From: a virus
Direction: 5' to 3' (one strand)
Length of the DNA: 64,000 bases
Virus record (IMG/VR): IMGVR_UViG_3300003690_003472
Coordinates: 121,565-185,564 of that record
The notes below the pieces were generated by a model. It was not told the DNA's origin, searched no databases, and was given only the letters and a program-made list of their open reading frames with translations. Every line of letters starts with the position of its first letter. Within the stretch, counting starts at the first letter, position 1. The position numbers and the translations under genes were made by a program. This document shows, piece by piece, positions 9,508-18,039 of this stretch.

Positions 9508-9700
9508 GCCCGGGTAGCTCAGTCTGGTTAAGAGCGCTATCCAGTAGGACACTAAGGTCTGCAAGCGCATGACAAACACGGGAGTGATCATCTCGCTGCA
9601 GCTTGATTGATCCTAGCCGAAGTTAAAACACTGCAAGGGTTTTGAGCAGTGGATCTACGTTACGAGATGGAGGTCGGTAGTTCAAATCTATCCCTGGGTA
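9508..9700 (+). tRNA. tRNA-like gene, Val(UAC) if the 117-nt insert (9543-9659) in the anticodon loop is removed
   Basis: Acceptor GCCCGGG/CCTGGGT, D-arm GCTC/GAGC, anticodon stem CTATC/GATGG, AGGTC variable loop, T-arm GGTAG-TTCAAAT-CTATC. Confidence 0.75.
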
Positions 9701-9718
9701 CTAAAATGTGTGAGGACA

Positions 9719-10420
9719 ATGGAAAATAATATATACCTATTTGATGTTGATGGAACGCTAACATCAGCAAGACAAAAAATGACTGATGAATTTTGTTCCT
9801 TTTTTAAGGAATGGATTAAAGATAAAAAAGTTTACTTCGTTTCTGGTAGTGATTATGAAAAACTTCAAGAACAAGTACCAAAAAACATTTTAGAATCTGT
9901 TGCTGGAGTTTTTGATTGTATGGGAAGTTCTTTTTATAATAATGGTAAAAATATATTTAAACGCACTTTCAAGCCCACTGAAGATCTTTTGTACTTTTTA
10001 ATTGAATGTTTAGCTAAGTCGCCTTATTATATTAGAACAGGCAATCACATAGAAAAAAGAATAGGAATGATCAATTTTTCTATAGTGGGTCGAAACGCTT
10101 CTTTAATCGAAAGAAGGCACTATTTTTCAACGGATCGCTTATCTAAAGAGCGAGAAAAAATAGCCGCCCAAATTAATGAAAATTTTGAAGGAATTTCTGC
10201 GTCTGTTGGTGGAGAGATAAGCATTGATATATATCCAACTGGATGGGACAAATCACAAATACTAAAAGAATTACCAAAAGGAAACTATTTTTTCTTTGGA
10301 GATCGAACACTTCCAGGCGGTAATGATTTTTCTTTAGCAAAAGCCTTGACGGATGCTGGTCATATAGTGTATGATATATCTGATTATAAAGAAACATGGA
10401 AAATTATTGCAAATCGGTGA
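9719..10420 (+). CDS. HAD-IIB phosphomannomutase-like protein (eukaryotic PMM type)
   Basis: DVDGTL, VSGSD, EKRIGMINFS, GGEISID, FFGD..PGGND. Confidence 0.85.
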   Translation: MENNIYLFDVDGTLTSARQKMTDEFCSFFKEWIKDKKVYFVSGSDYEKLQEQVPKNILESVAGVFDCMGSSFYNNGKNIFKRTFKPTEDLLYFLIECLAKSPYYIRTGNHIEKRIGMINFSIVGRNASLIERRHYFSTDRLSKEREKIAAQINENFEGISASVGGEISIDIYPTGWDKSQILKELPKGNYFFFGDRTLPGGNDFSLAKALTDAGHIVYDISDYKETWKIIANR

Positions 10421-10571
10421 TTTAGTAACTGTAAGGCCTGCCAAAACTGGCTTATACATAGTAGTTGCAGAGAAATCAAAAGACACTGTTGTCCTTTATG
10501 GGAAAATAAATGATGATTATTTATCGTTACCAATGGATAAAAAATGGATAGATGTTATAAGTAAAGGATAA
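10407..10571 (+). CDS. Small MxxGDLV (KOW/SH3-like) family protein
   Basis: TTG CAA ATC GGT GAT TTA GTA start overlapping the PMM stop by 14 nt. Confidence 0.65.
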   Translation: MQIGDLVTVRPAKTGLYIVVAEKSKDTVVLYGKINDDYLSLPMDKKWIDVISKG

Positions 10572-10630
10572 AACAGTTGACATTTAAAACTAAATAGGAT
10601 AATATTTGTATAGAAAACATTGGAGGAAAT

Positions 10631-10930
10631 ATGCCAAAAATTTATCAAGCCCACTATAAAGATCAAGACAAAGCTTGGAGGATTCACAACGCCTCTAAAA
10701 CGCTTATTCTTGTAGAGGCCAAGAAAGTGGCTAAAGCTTTTGGTAAAGAAGTAAAAGTGGATGTATTAGAAATGGATAAGCCTTCAATAAAATATCTTAT
10801 TGAATTAATGAATGGTCGCAAACCCAATTCTAGAAAACGAATATGTTCTTTTATCCCAAAAGGCAGACCAACTGTAAAAACAATTAATGGCGAAATTAAA
10901 AAAACATGGAAAGTAAAGAAGAAAAAGTAA
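10631..10930 (+). CDS. Basic hypothetical protein
   Basis: Promoter and GGAGG RBS upstream. Confidence 0.7.
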   Translation: MPKIYQAHYKDQDKAWRIHNASKTLILVEAKKVAKAFGKEVKVDVLEMDKPSIKYLIELMNGRKPNSRKRICSFIPKGRPTVKTINGEIKKTWKVKKKK

Positions 10931-10973
10931 TAATATTATATTCTCGTAACGCAAATAGGCGCAGAACTTGAAG

Positions 10974-11102
10974 ATGAGAAACGTCTGTAAGGTAATAAAG
11001 ATATCAACAATTGGGCTAATATTAGTTTCAACTGTTGTTACTATAATGGTGGCAGCAGCACCATTTTTACTTTGGGATTGTATAAAGAAAAACTACTTAT
11101 AA
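10974..11102 (+). CDS. 42-aa single-TM peptide (below ORF-track cutoff)
   Basis: MRNVCKVIKISTIGLILVSTVVTIMVAAAPFLLWDCIKKNYL*. Confidence 0.45.
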   Translation: MRNVCKVIKISTIGLILVSTVVTIMVAAAPFLLWDCIKKNYL

Positions 11103-11106
11103 TAAG

Positions 11107-11427
11107 ATGAACATCACAATAAAAGCAATTAAAAAAATACAAGAAATGGCCACTAAACAAAATTTAACAAACTATGGTCTACGAATTATGGTAGTGGGCG
11201 GCGGTTGTTCCGGTTTTAGTTATAATCTAGACTTTGATGACACTAGGCAACCCAACGACTTTGTTTTAGAAGAAGATGGACTCAATATTTTTGTTGATCC
11301 TATGAGTTTTCAATATCTTGATGGTACAAAAATTGATTATGTCGAGTCTTTTATGGATACTGGGTTTCATTTTGAGAACCCTAACGCCACAACCACTTGT
11401 GGTTGCGGCTCCTCTTTTGCTATATAA
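11107..11427 (+). CDS. iscA: A-type Fe-S carrier (IscA/ErpA/HesB)
   Basis: GGGCSGFSY and CGCGSSF motifs. Confidence 0.92.
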   Translation: MNITIKAIKKIQEMATKQNLTNYGLRIMVVGGGCSGFSYNLDFDDTRQPNDFVLEEDGLNIFVDPMSFQYLDGTKIDYVESFMDTGFHFENPNATTTCGCGSSFAI

Positions 11428-11434
11428 TAAACTA

Positions 11435-11701
11435 ATGCTAAAAATACACCATCGAATGTTTCCTTGTTATTTTATTTGGAAAGATCCAGAAAAGAGCTTC
11501 GAGACCTTAAAGTCACACATTCTTAAAGATATTAAAGAAAATAATTTTGATAGTTATGTTTTTGAAGAATATCATGATGAAAAAAAGCACTTAGAAACAA
11601 AAAACAAGCAGCTTCAAAAACATATTGAATTATTAACTCTAGAGTTAGACACTCTTAAAAAGAAAAAGAAAAAAAAGAAAGACAAAAAGGTTGACACTTA
11701 A
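11435..11701 (+). CDS. Hypothetical coiled-coil protein
   Basis: ORF; start refined to ATG 11435. Confidence 0.55.
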   Translation: MLKIHHRMFPCYFIWKDPEKSFETLKSHILKDIKENNFDSYVFEEYHDEKKHLETKNKQLQKHIELLTLELDTLKKKKKKKKDKKVDT

Positions 11702-11732
11702 ATCTAAATAGGGTAATATATTACTATGATTT

Positions 11733-11805
11733 ACTCTCGTAGCTCAGTTGGTAGAGCAAGCGGCTCATAACCGCCCGGTCGTAGGTTCAAGTCCTACCGG
11801 GAGTA
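11733..11805 (+). tRNA. tRNA with CAU anticodon, probably Ile2 (lysidine type)
   Basis: Cloverleaf; body GCGGCTCATAACCGCCCGGTCGTAGG resembles bacterial tRNA-Ile2 more than Met. Confidence 0.85.
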
Positions 11806-11810
11806 CTTAT

Positions 11811-11882
11811 TGCGGGTTAGAGTAGTGGTTACTCACAAGTTTCATAAGCTTGTTTAGGTGGGTTCGATTCCCACACCCGCGA
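11811..11882 (+). tRNA. tRNA-Met(CAU)
   Basis: TGCGGGT/ACCCGCG acceptor, CAAGT-TTCATAA-GCTTG anticodon arm, GTGGG-TTCGATT-CCCAC. Confidence 0.85.
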
Positions 11883-11897
11883 CTTTAAAAGGACTAA

Positions 11898-12239
11898 ATG
11901 AAAATTTTAATAGGAGTCGTACTTTTCACCATTGGAAACATTCTTGCATGGTTTCAATTTAATTCTCAGTTTGTTTGGGGATGGTGGAAAGATAAGCCAA
12001 TACTACCTAATCTTATTTTTGCCATTCCTATGGGCCTTTGTTTTTGGTATGCTATTAAATATATCATGGAAGATACAAATCTTTTATGGACTTCTAAGCT
12101 TATAGGTTTTGGTGTTTCTAATATTGTATTTGCTATTTTGACCTACCTTCTTTTAAAAGAAAGTATATTTGCTCCCAAGACTTTGATTTGTTTACTTTTG
12201 TCTGTTGTTATTGTTGGAATACAAGTAGCGTGGAAATAA
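11898..12239 (+). CDS. Four-TM membrane protein (DMT/SMR-like)
   Basis: Four hydrophobic segments in 113 aa. Confidence 0.6.
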   Translation: MKILIGVVLFTIGNILAWFQFNSQFVWGWWKDKPILPNLIFAIPMGLCFWYAIKYIMEDTNLLWTSKLIGFGVSNIVFAILTYLLLKESIFAPKTLICLLLSVVIVGIQVAWK

Positions 12240-12306
12240 ACAATGAAATCACCCTTGACATATCCACTTTAAAAATGATAGAATATAATTCTGGAGAATT
12301 ATAATA

Positions 12307-13668
12307 TTGAATTATAATGAACAAGAAGATTTTTCTCAATTTGGAAAATCTTTTCAAGAAAATATGTGTCAACTAATTCTTTATGATCGTGCTTTTGCTG
12401 ATCAAATAAAAGAAGTGCTTAATATAAACTTTCTTGAATTAAAATACCTTCAAGTGTTTGTCAGGCGTGTTTTTTCTTATAAAGAAAAGTATGGAATTCA
12501 GCCTTCCAATTCTATAATGACTACAATTCTTCGAACAGAAATTTTAGAAGAAAACGAATTAGTCCAAAAACAAGTGCGTGATTTTTTTGCACGCCTAGTC
12601 AAAACAGAGGTACAAGATGCTGAATACATAAAAGAAACTTCAATTGATTTTTGTAAAAAACAAGTACTAAAAGAGGCTATTTTAAAATCAGTTTCTTTGC
12701 TTAAAAAATCATCTTTTGAAGACATTCAAAAGTTAATTAATGAAGCAATGAAGCTTGGGAACGATTCTGATTATGGCTATCACTATATTAAAGACTTTGA
12801 GCGCAGATTTGAGATAAAAGCTAGAAATCCAATAGCCACTGGTTGGAAGGTTATTGATGACCTGAACAAGGGTGGCCTTGGAAGGGGTGAGCTTGGTGTA
12901 GTAATTGCTCCTACGGGTGCTGGTAAATCCATGGCCTTAGTACATATAGGAGCACACGCAGTTAAAGAAAATAAAACAGTTATTCATTATACTTTAGAAT
13001 TGGCGGATACAATAGTTGCATCTAGATATGATAGTTGTATTACCGGAATTCCCTTGAGAGAAATTTTCAATAAAAAAGATGAAGTTTATGAAGAAATTAA
13101 AGACTTCGAAGGGCAATTAATCATAAAAGAATATCCTACTAAATCTGCAAGCGTAGACACACTTCGTAATCATTTAGAGAGGTTGCAACAACGTGATATT
13201 TTTCCTGAAATAATTATTGTAGATTATGCAGATTTATTACGTTCAAAAGACAAAAAAGATGAGAAAAGACACCAATTAGAATCTATTTATGAAGAGCTAA
13301 GAGCAATTGCTCAAGAGTTCAAATGTCCTATTTGGACAGCATCTCAAACAAACAGATCTGGTCTAAATGCAGAAGTTATTACAATGGAATCAATATCGGA
13401 AGCTTTCAATAAGTGCTTTGTGGCAGACTTTATATTTTCAATTTCACGCACTATTCAACACAAGAATAGTAATAGTGGAAGAGTTTTTATCGCTAAAAAT
13501 AGAAATGGACCAGATGGCATAGTGTATCCCATTTTTATGGATCCTGCTAATGTTAAGATAGATGTGCTTCCTCAAATTGAAACATTTGATGAGGTTAAAC
13601 AAAATGAAATTAAAAAACAAGAAGAAAGATTAAAAGAAAAGTACAAATATTACAGGAAACAAAGGTGA
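12307..13668 (+). CDS. dnaB: DnaB-family replicative helicase
   Basis: Walker A APTGAGKS, IIVDYADLL, TASQTNR, AKNRNG. Confidence 0.92.
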   Translation: MNYNEQEDFSQFGKSFQENMCQLILYDRAFADQIKEVLNINFLELKYLQVFVRRVFSYKEKYGIQPSNSIMTTILRTEILEENELVQKQVRDFFARLVKTEVQDAEYIKETSIDFCKKQVLKEAILKSVSLLKKSSFEDIQKLINEAMKLGNDSDYGYHYIKDFERRFEIKARNPIATGWKVIDDLNKGGLGRGELGVVIAPTGAGKSMALVHIGAHAVKENKTVIHYTLELADTIVASRYDSCITGIPLREIFNKKDEVYEEIKDFEGQLIIKEYPTKSASVDTLRNHLERLQQRDIFPEIIIVDYADLLRSKDKKDEKRHQLESIYEELRAIAQEFKCPIWTASQTNRSGLNAEVITMESISEAFNKCFVADFIFSISRTIQHKNSNSGRVFIAKNRNGPDGIVYPIFMDPANVKIDVLPQIETFDEVKQNEIKKQEERLKEKYKYYRKQR

Positions 13669-13672
13669 TTAA

Positions 13673-15532
13673 ATGACAGAAGTGGCAACACAAATATTAT
13701 CTGATATTACTGTTCATATGAAATATGCGCGCTACCTTCCAAGAAAAAAGAGACGCGAAACTTGGTATGAATTAGTTACGCGAAATAAAAACATGCACAT
13801 TAAAACATACCCTCAATTAAAAGAAGAAATTGAAAAAGCTTATAAATTCGTGTATAATAAAAAGGTGCTTCCATCGATGAGGTCGATGCAGTTTGGAGGA
13901 AAGCCAATTGAAGTTGCACCAAATAGAATATTTAATTGTGCTTATTTACCAGTTGACGACTGGAGAGCATTTAGTGAAATAATGTTTTTATTACTTGGAG
14001 GCACTGGTGTGGGATATAGTGTTCAGAGGCACAATGTCGAAGCGCTTCCAGAAATACAAAGACCCAACGAAAAACGAAGTCGCAGATTTTTAATTGCAGA
14101 TTCTATTGAAGGGTGGGCAGATGCTATAAAAGCTTTAGTAGGGAGTTATTTTAAAGGAGGCTCCAAAGTTAGATTTGACTACAGCGATATTCGAGAAAAA
14201 GGGGCACCTCTTTTAACTTCTGGTGGCAAAGCCCCGGGCCCACAACCATTACGCGAATGTTTGGTTAAGGTTGAGGGAATTTTAAATGAAAAAGAAGACG
14301 GCGATCAATTAACATCCATTGAAGTGCATGATATTGTTTGTTATATAGCAGATGCTGTATTGGCTGGAGGGATTCGAAGAGCCGCACTAATTGCACTATT
14401 TAGCGCCGATGATGAAGAAATGTTGGCAGCAAAAACTGGAAATTGGTGGGAAAAGAATCCGCAAAGAGGCCGAGCAAACAATTCTGTTGTTTTGATGCGT
14501 CATAGAATTACAAAAGAATATTTTGATGAATTATGGGAAAGAGTAAGAGCTAGCGGCTCAGGAGAACCGGGCTTTTATTTTACAAATGATAAAGATTGGG
14601 GCACGAATCCCTGTTGCGAAATTGCTTTACGCCCTTTTCAATTTTGTAATTTAACAGAAATCAATACTAGTGATCTTTCTTCTCAACAAGAATATGAAGA
14701 AAGAACCCGCGCTGCAGCTTTCATTGGCACTCTCCAAGCTGGATATACAGATTTTCATTATCTTCGCGATGTTTGGCGCAGAAACACAGAAAGAGATGCT
14801 TTAGTCGGTGTTAGCATGACAGGAATAGCGTCTGGTAAAGTATTAAAATTAGATATGAAACAAGCTGCAAAAATTGTGAAGGAAGAAAACAAACGAGTAG
14901 CAGAAGCAATTGGCATTAAACAAGCAACAAGAACTACATGTGTTAAGCCAGCAGGCACAACCTCTTTAACTCTTGGCACCTCTAGCGGAATTCATGCTTG
15001 GCATAATAAATATTATATTAGACGTGTTCGTGTTGGAAAAAATGAAGCTATTTATAAACACTTAAAGAAGCATCATTTAGATCTAATAGAAGATGAATTT
15101 TTCAGACCACACGACACAGCAGTAATTGGCGTGCCACAAATGGCACCATATGGAGCTATTACTCGCCATGAACGAGCTACCGATTTGTTGGCAAGAATTA
15201 AAAAAGTGAGCGAAGAGTGGGTTAAACCAGGACATAGGCGAGGTCAAAATACTCATAATGTTTCCGCCACTATTAGTATTAAAAATCGTGAATGGGATGA
15301 AGTAAGAGAGTGGATGTGGGAAAATCGTGCTTGCTATAATGGTTTAAGTGTGTTACCATATGATGGGGGCAGTTATAAGCAAGCTCCCTTTGAAGATTGC
15401 AGCCGCGAAGATCATGAGCGATTAAGCGAAACCCTAAAAGAGGTGGATTTAACTCGCGTAATTGAAACGAGCGACGAAACAGATTTAACTGGTGAATTAG
15501 CATGCGCAGGTGGCGCGTGTGAAATTACATAG
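13673..15532 (+). CDS. nrdJ: Class II (adenosylcobalamin-dependent) ribonucleotide reductase
   Basis: LPSMR, NRIFNCAY, RRAALI, TNPCCEI, KPAGT, C-terminal CAGGACE. Confidence 0.92.
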   Translation: MTEVATQILSDITVHMKYARYLPRKKRRETWYELVTRNKNMHIKTYPQLKEEIEKAYKFVYNKKVLPSMRSMQFGGKPIEVAPNRIFNCAYLPVDDWRAFSEIMFLLLGGTGVGYSVQRHNVEALPEIQRPNEKRSRRFLIADSIEGWADAIKALVGSYFKGGSKVRFDYSDIREKGAPLLTSGGKAPGPQPLRECLVKVEGILNEKEDGDQLTSIEVHDIVCYIADAVLAGGIRRAALIALFSADDEEMLAAKTGNWWEKNPQRGRANNSVVLMRHRITKEYFDELWERVRASGSGEPGFYFTNDKDWGTNPCCEIALRPFQFCNLTEINTSDLSSQQEYEERTRAAAFIGTLQAGYTDFHYLRDVWRRNTERDALVGVSMTGIASGKVLKLDMKQAAKIVKEENKRVAEAIGIKQATRTTCVKPAGTTSLTLGTSSGIHAWHNKYYIRRVRVGKNEAIYKHLKKHHLDLIEDEFFRPHDTAVIGVPQMAPYGAITRHERATDLLARIKKVSEEWVKPGHRRGQNTHNVSATISIKNREWDEVREWMWENRACYNGLSVLPYDGGSYKQAPFEDCSREDHERLSETLKEVDLTRVIETSDETDLTGELACAGGACEIT

Positions 15533-15542
15533 GAGGAAAATT

Positions 15543-15848
15543 ATGAACGCCAAAAATGTTATTTTAAGAGAAGTAAAAGAAACCGAACAGACAGAAGAAG
15601 AAAAGAAAGAACAATATGTTGTTAATTATCTTAAATCGATGATTGCGCTTGAAGAGGCTATGGAGCCATTTAAAGAGCAGAAAAAGGATTTGCGACGAGA
15701 ATACATTGAAAATGGATGGCTTTCAAAAGATGAAATTTGGTCAGTCATAAAGGCTTTTCGTTTATATGAAAAAGGTGCAGACATGGATGATTTAAATGAT
15801 ATGTTTGATGCGATTGAACGAAGATTTGGAGAAAAAGATGTCTCTTGA
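15543..15848 (+). CDS. Coiled-coil protein, DsbA/GapR(DUF2312)-like
   Basis: LEEAMEPFKEQKKDLRREY pattern; AGGAGG RBS. Confidence 0.5.
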   Translation: MNAKNVILREVKETEQTEEEKKEQYVVNYLKSMIALEEAMEPFKEQKKDLRREYIENGWLSKDEIWSVIKAFRLYEKGADMDDLNDMFDAIERRFGEKDVS

Positions 15849-16131
15849 TCCCGGTTTACAGCCAATGAACCGGCACTTGTTAGTAGAAAAAATAGAAGAA
15901 AACATCAAAGAAGAAGAAGAAGATTCTTTAGTTTTGGTGCCAGATGATTATAAAATTGATAATCAATATGGCTTATATAAAATACTTAAGTGTGCAAAAG
16001 ATTGTGAAAAATTTAATGAAGATTTTATTAGCCGTAGAGTTATAGTAGAAAATAGCATGGTTCAAAATATACCCCTTTGGGGTAAAACATACTATTTAAT
16101 ACTGGAGAACTATGTTTATGGAATTTATTGA
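15838..16131 (+). CDS. GroES-like co-chaperonin
   Basis: LQPMNRHLLVEKIEE…LVLVPD resembles GroES LxPLxDRVLV…IILPD; 97 aa. Confidence 0.6.
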   Translation: MSLDPGLQPMNRHLLVEKIEENIKEEEEDSLVLVPDDYKIDNQYGLYKILKCAKDCEKFNEDFISRRVIVENSMVQNIPLWGKTYYLILENYVYGIY

Positions 16132-16855
16132 AAAAATACAAAAAAGCATAACAATCTTAAAGAAAAGCTTGACGAAAGAAAAATTTCATGGTTTTATTAT
16201 AGAGGCAATGAAAGAATATGAACTCATCAAAGAGATGAGTTCATATAATAGGGTTCGAAGTCATATTGAAGAAGGCGAACCGTTTGTTATAATGTCGTCT
16301 GACAGACACGAGCGTACGCCTTCTGAAAACAGAGAGGCTTATAAACAATTTAAGTCAGATTTCCAGAGTGCTGGCTTTCCCTTCACAGAATTAAAAGGCG
16401 GTTTTAAGGAAACTACTCGATTTGAAACAGATCCAGAAACTGGCGAAGAAGTAGAAGTAGAACTAGAAGAGCCGGAATATGTTATTGAAAATAGCATACT
16501 TATAACTACACACGCTCGGGAAGATATTCCTGCAGATAATACTGCCGAGGATTTATTTGATATTGCGATAGAAATATCTCAAAAATATGATCAGGAAGCT
16601 TTTATATTTGGCGAGACTGCTCAAACTGCACGAGGCACAAAAACAAAAATTATTAATGCTTTTGATAAGACCGGTGCTGAGATACAGGAAAGTTGGGCCG
16701 GTCCATGGACCAGCGTTGAAACTGTTTCTAATGACGCTGATTTTTGGTCGAGAATAAAAGGAAAACACTTTCAATTGAAAGAGAATAAAAAAACGTCTCA
16801 ACCAAAATCATGGATTGAAGCTATGAAAAAAAGTCGAAGTGGCTTAAAGTGGTAA
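16118..16855 (+). CDS. Phage protein with DUF3293-like domain
   Basis: FVIMSSDR…ENR…L..AGFPF…GGF.E…ENS…YDQEAFIF pattern. Confidence 0.5.
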   Translation: MEFIEKIQKSITILKKSLTKEKFHGFIIEAMKEYELIKEMSSYNRVRSHIEEGEPFVIMSSDRHERTPSENREAYKQFKSDFQSAGFPFTELKGGFKETTRFETDPETGEEVEVELEEPEYVIENSILITTHAREDIPADNTAEDLFDIAIEISQKYDQEAFIFGETAQTARGTKTKIINAFDKTGAEIQESWAGPWTSVETVSNDADFWSRIKGKHFQLKENKKTSQPKSWIEAMKKSRSGLKW

Positions 16856-16891
16856 TAATTTATCTCTTAAGAATAAAGGAAAAATAAAATT

Positions 16892-17251
16892 ATGACAAAT
16901 TTATTAGTTAATACAATAATTTCCACGTTTATAATGTGCGCACCCCAAGGTGACGTCGATGACAATTTTATTGACGAGGCATTTATGAACCATCCATTTG
17001 TTGAAGAATTTTTAAGCGCCAAGCATTGGCCAGAAGTACCAAATGTGTGGATAATTAAACAACGAAATATAATTGAAGAAAGAAATACATGTAATGATGT
17101 ATCTGAAAAAGAAAAATGGGCTTCATTATGGTTAGAAGCATATTCATCAAAATCAAGCTTTAATAATAAATGTATACAAAAAAACTCTAGTTATAAGTTA
17201 TTAAATATGTGGTACCGACATATTAAAGAAGCTGTAAGAGAGTGGCGATAA
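16892..17251 (+). CDS. Hypothetical protein with possible signal peptide
   Basis: ORF with AAGGA RBS. Confidence 0.6.
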   Translation: MTNLLVNTIISTFIMCAPQGDVDDNFIDEAFMNHPFVEEFLSAKHWPEVPNVWIIKQRNIIEERNTCNDVSEKEKWASLWLEAYSSKSSFNNKCIQKNSSYKLLNMWYRHIKEAVREWR

Positions 17252-18039
17252 AATTATTAAAATATCATTACGATGAAATTGTCATCGGCGGCAACTTAAA
17301 CGCCCTCAGTTACTCCTATTTAAACGATACTCCGATCATAATTAATAAATCAGAACCGCCTCATCGGTTTGAAGTATGCGATTCTAAAAGTTCGTTAGCA
17401 CTCTGGAATAAGCTTTTTTTTGTTTTATCTTTGAAGGGGCTTAATTTAGTAGGTAATAAATCGAATTCAGTTAGAATTAAAGATGAAGAGATTGTAGTTT
17501 CCACCAAGGATGCAAGAGTGGTGAAATTTACTTATAAAAAAATTACAGTTTTTGATAATGAAAATACAACAGGACTTCCGCCAATTAAAGAAGAAAATGA
17601 TCAATTTATTGTTTTAGATTGGATAACGGCTTACTCGTGTGAATTACATAGCCACAACTATATTAAAACTGATGATAATTTAGTAAATGAAATATACTTT
17701 TATCCCACGGAAAGAATGGATGGAAATCATTCAAAAATAAAAGATATGGTAGCTCTATCTCACCTAAGTAAAAAACAATTAGAAGATTTTGAATATTCTG
17801 ATACATATGTTAAGTTTAAAACTAAAAGTATTTTAAAAAATTTAGGTTTGCGCGGTATAAAGTGCGGCGGAGGAAAACGGCGCGCCCTATTGCTAGAAAT
17901 AGAAAAAAGAGAAATTCGAAAGAAAAAGATGGATTTTTATGAAAACGCGCCAAATATCAAATTTCAATATAAAGCGCCAAAAGAAATAAATTATGATTTG
18001 TTTTTGGAGGATAAATGGTTGAAACCGGCCTCCAGTTAA
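17242..18039 (+). CDS. Degenerate FAD/Rossmann-like protein
   Basis: N-terminal YDEIVIGGNLNAL resembling a dinucleotide-binding loop. Confidence 0.45.
   Translation: MAIKLLKYHYDEIVIGGNLNALSYSYLNDTPIIINKSEPPHRFEVCDSKSSLALWNKLFFVLSLKGLNLVGNKSNSVRIKDEEIVVSTKDARVVKFTYKKITVFDNENTTGLPPIKEENDQFIVLDWITAYSCELHSHNYIKTDDNLVNEIYFYPTERMDGNHSKIKDMVALSHLSKKQLEDFEYSDTYVKFKTKSILKNLGLRGIKCGGGKRRALLLEIEKREIRKKKMDFYENAPNIKFQYKAPKEINYDLFLEDKWLKPASS

Noticed and set aside
9543-9659. Canonical group I, group II or BHB intron; known small ribozyme
   Set aside because: Too short; no P7 (GACUA/UAGUC) or domain V; 5' exon ends in C; bulges do not fit BHB geometry; hammerhead, twister and pistol cores not matched by eye
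10941-10980. Small hairpin TTCTC…GAGAA with inner CGC/GCG as a ribozyme or riboswitch
   Set aside because: No recognisable catalytic or aptamer core; overlaps the start of a plausible 42-aa ORF
11811-11882. Opal (UCA) suppressor or Sec tRNA explaining the in-frame TGAs
   Set aside because: The loop TTCATAA is centred on CAT whether the U-G closing pair forms or not; no Sec-type long arms
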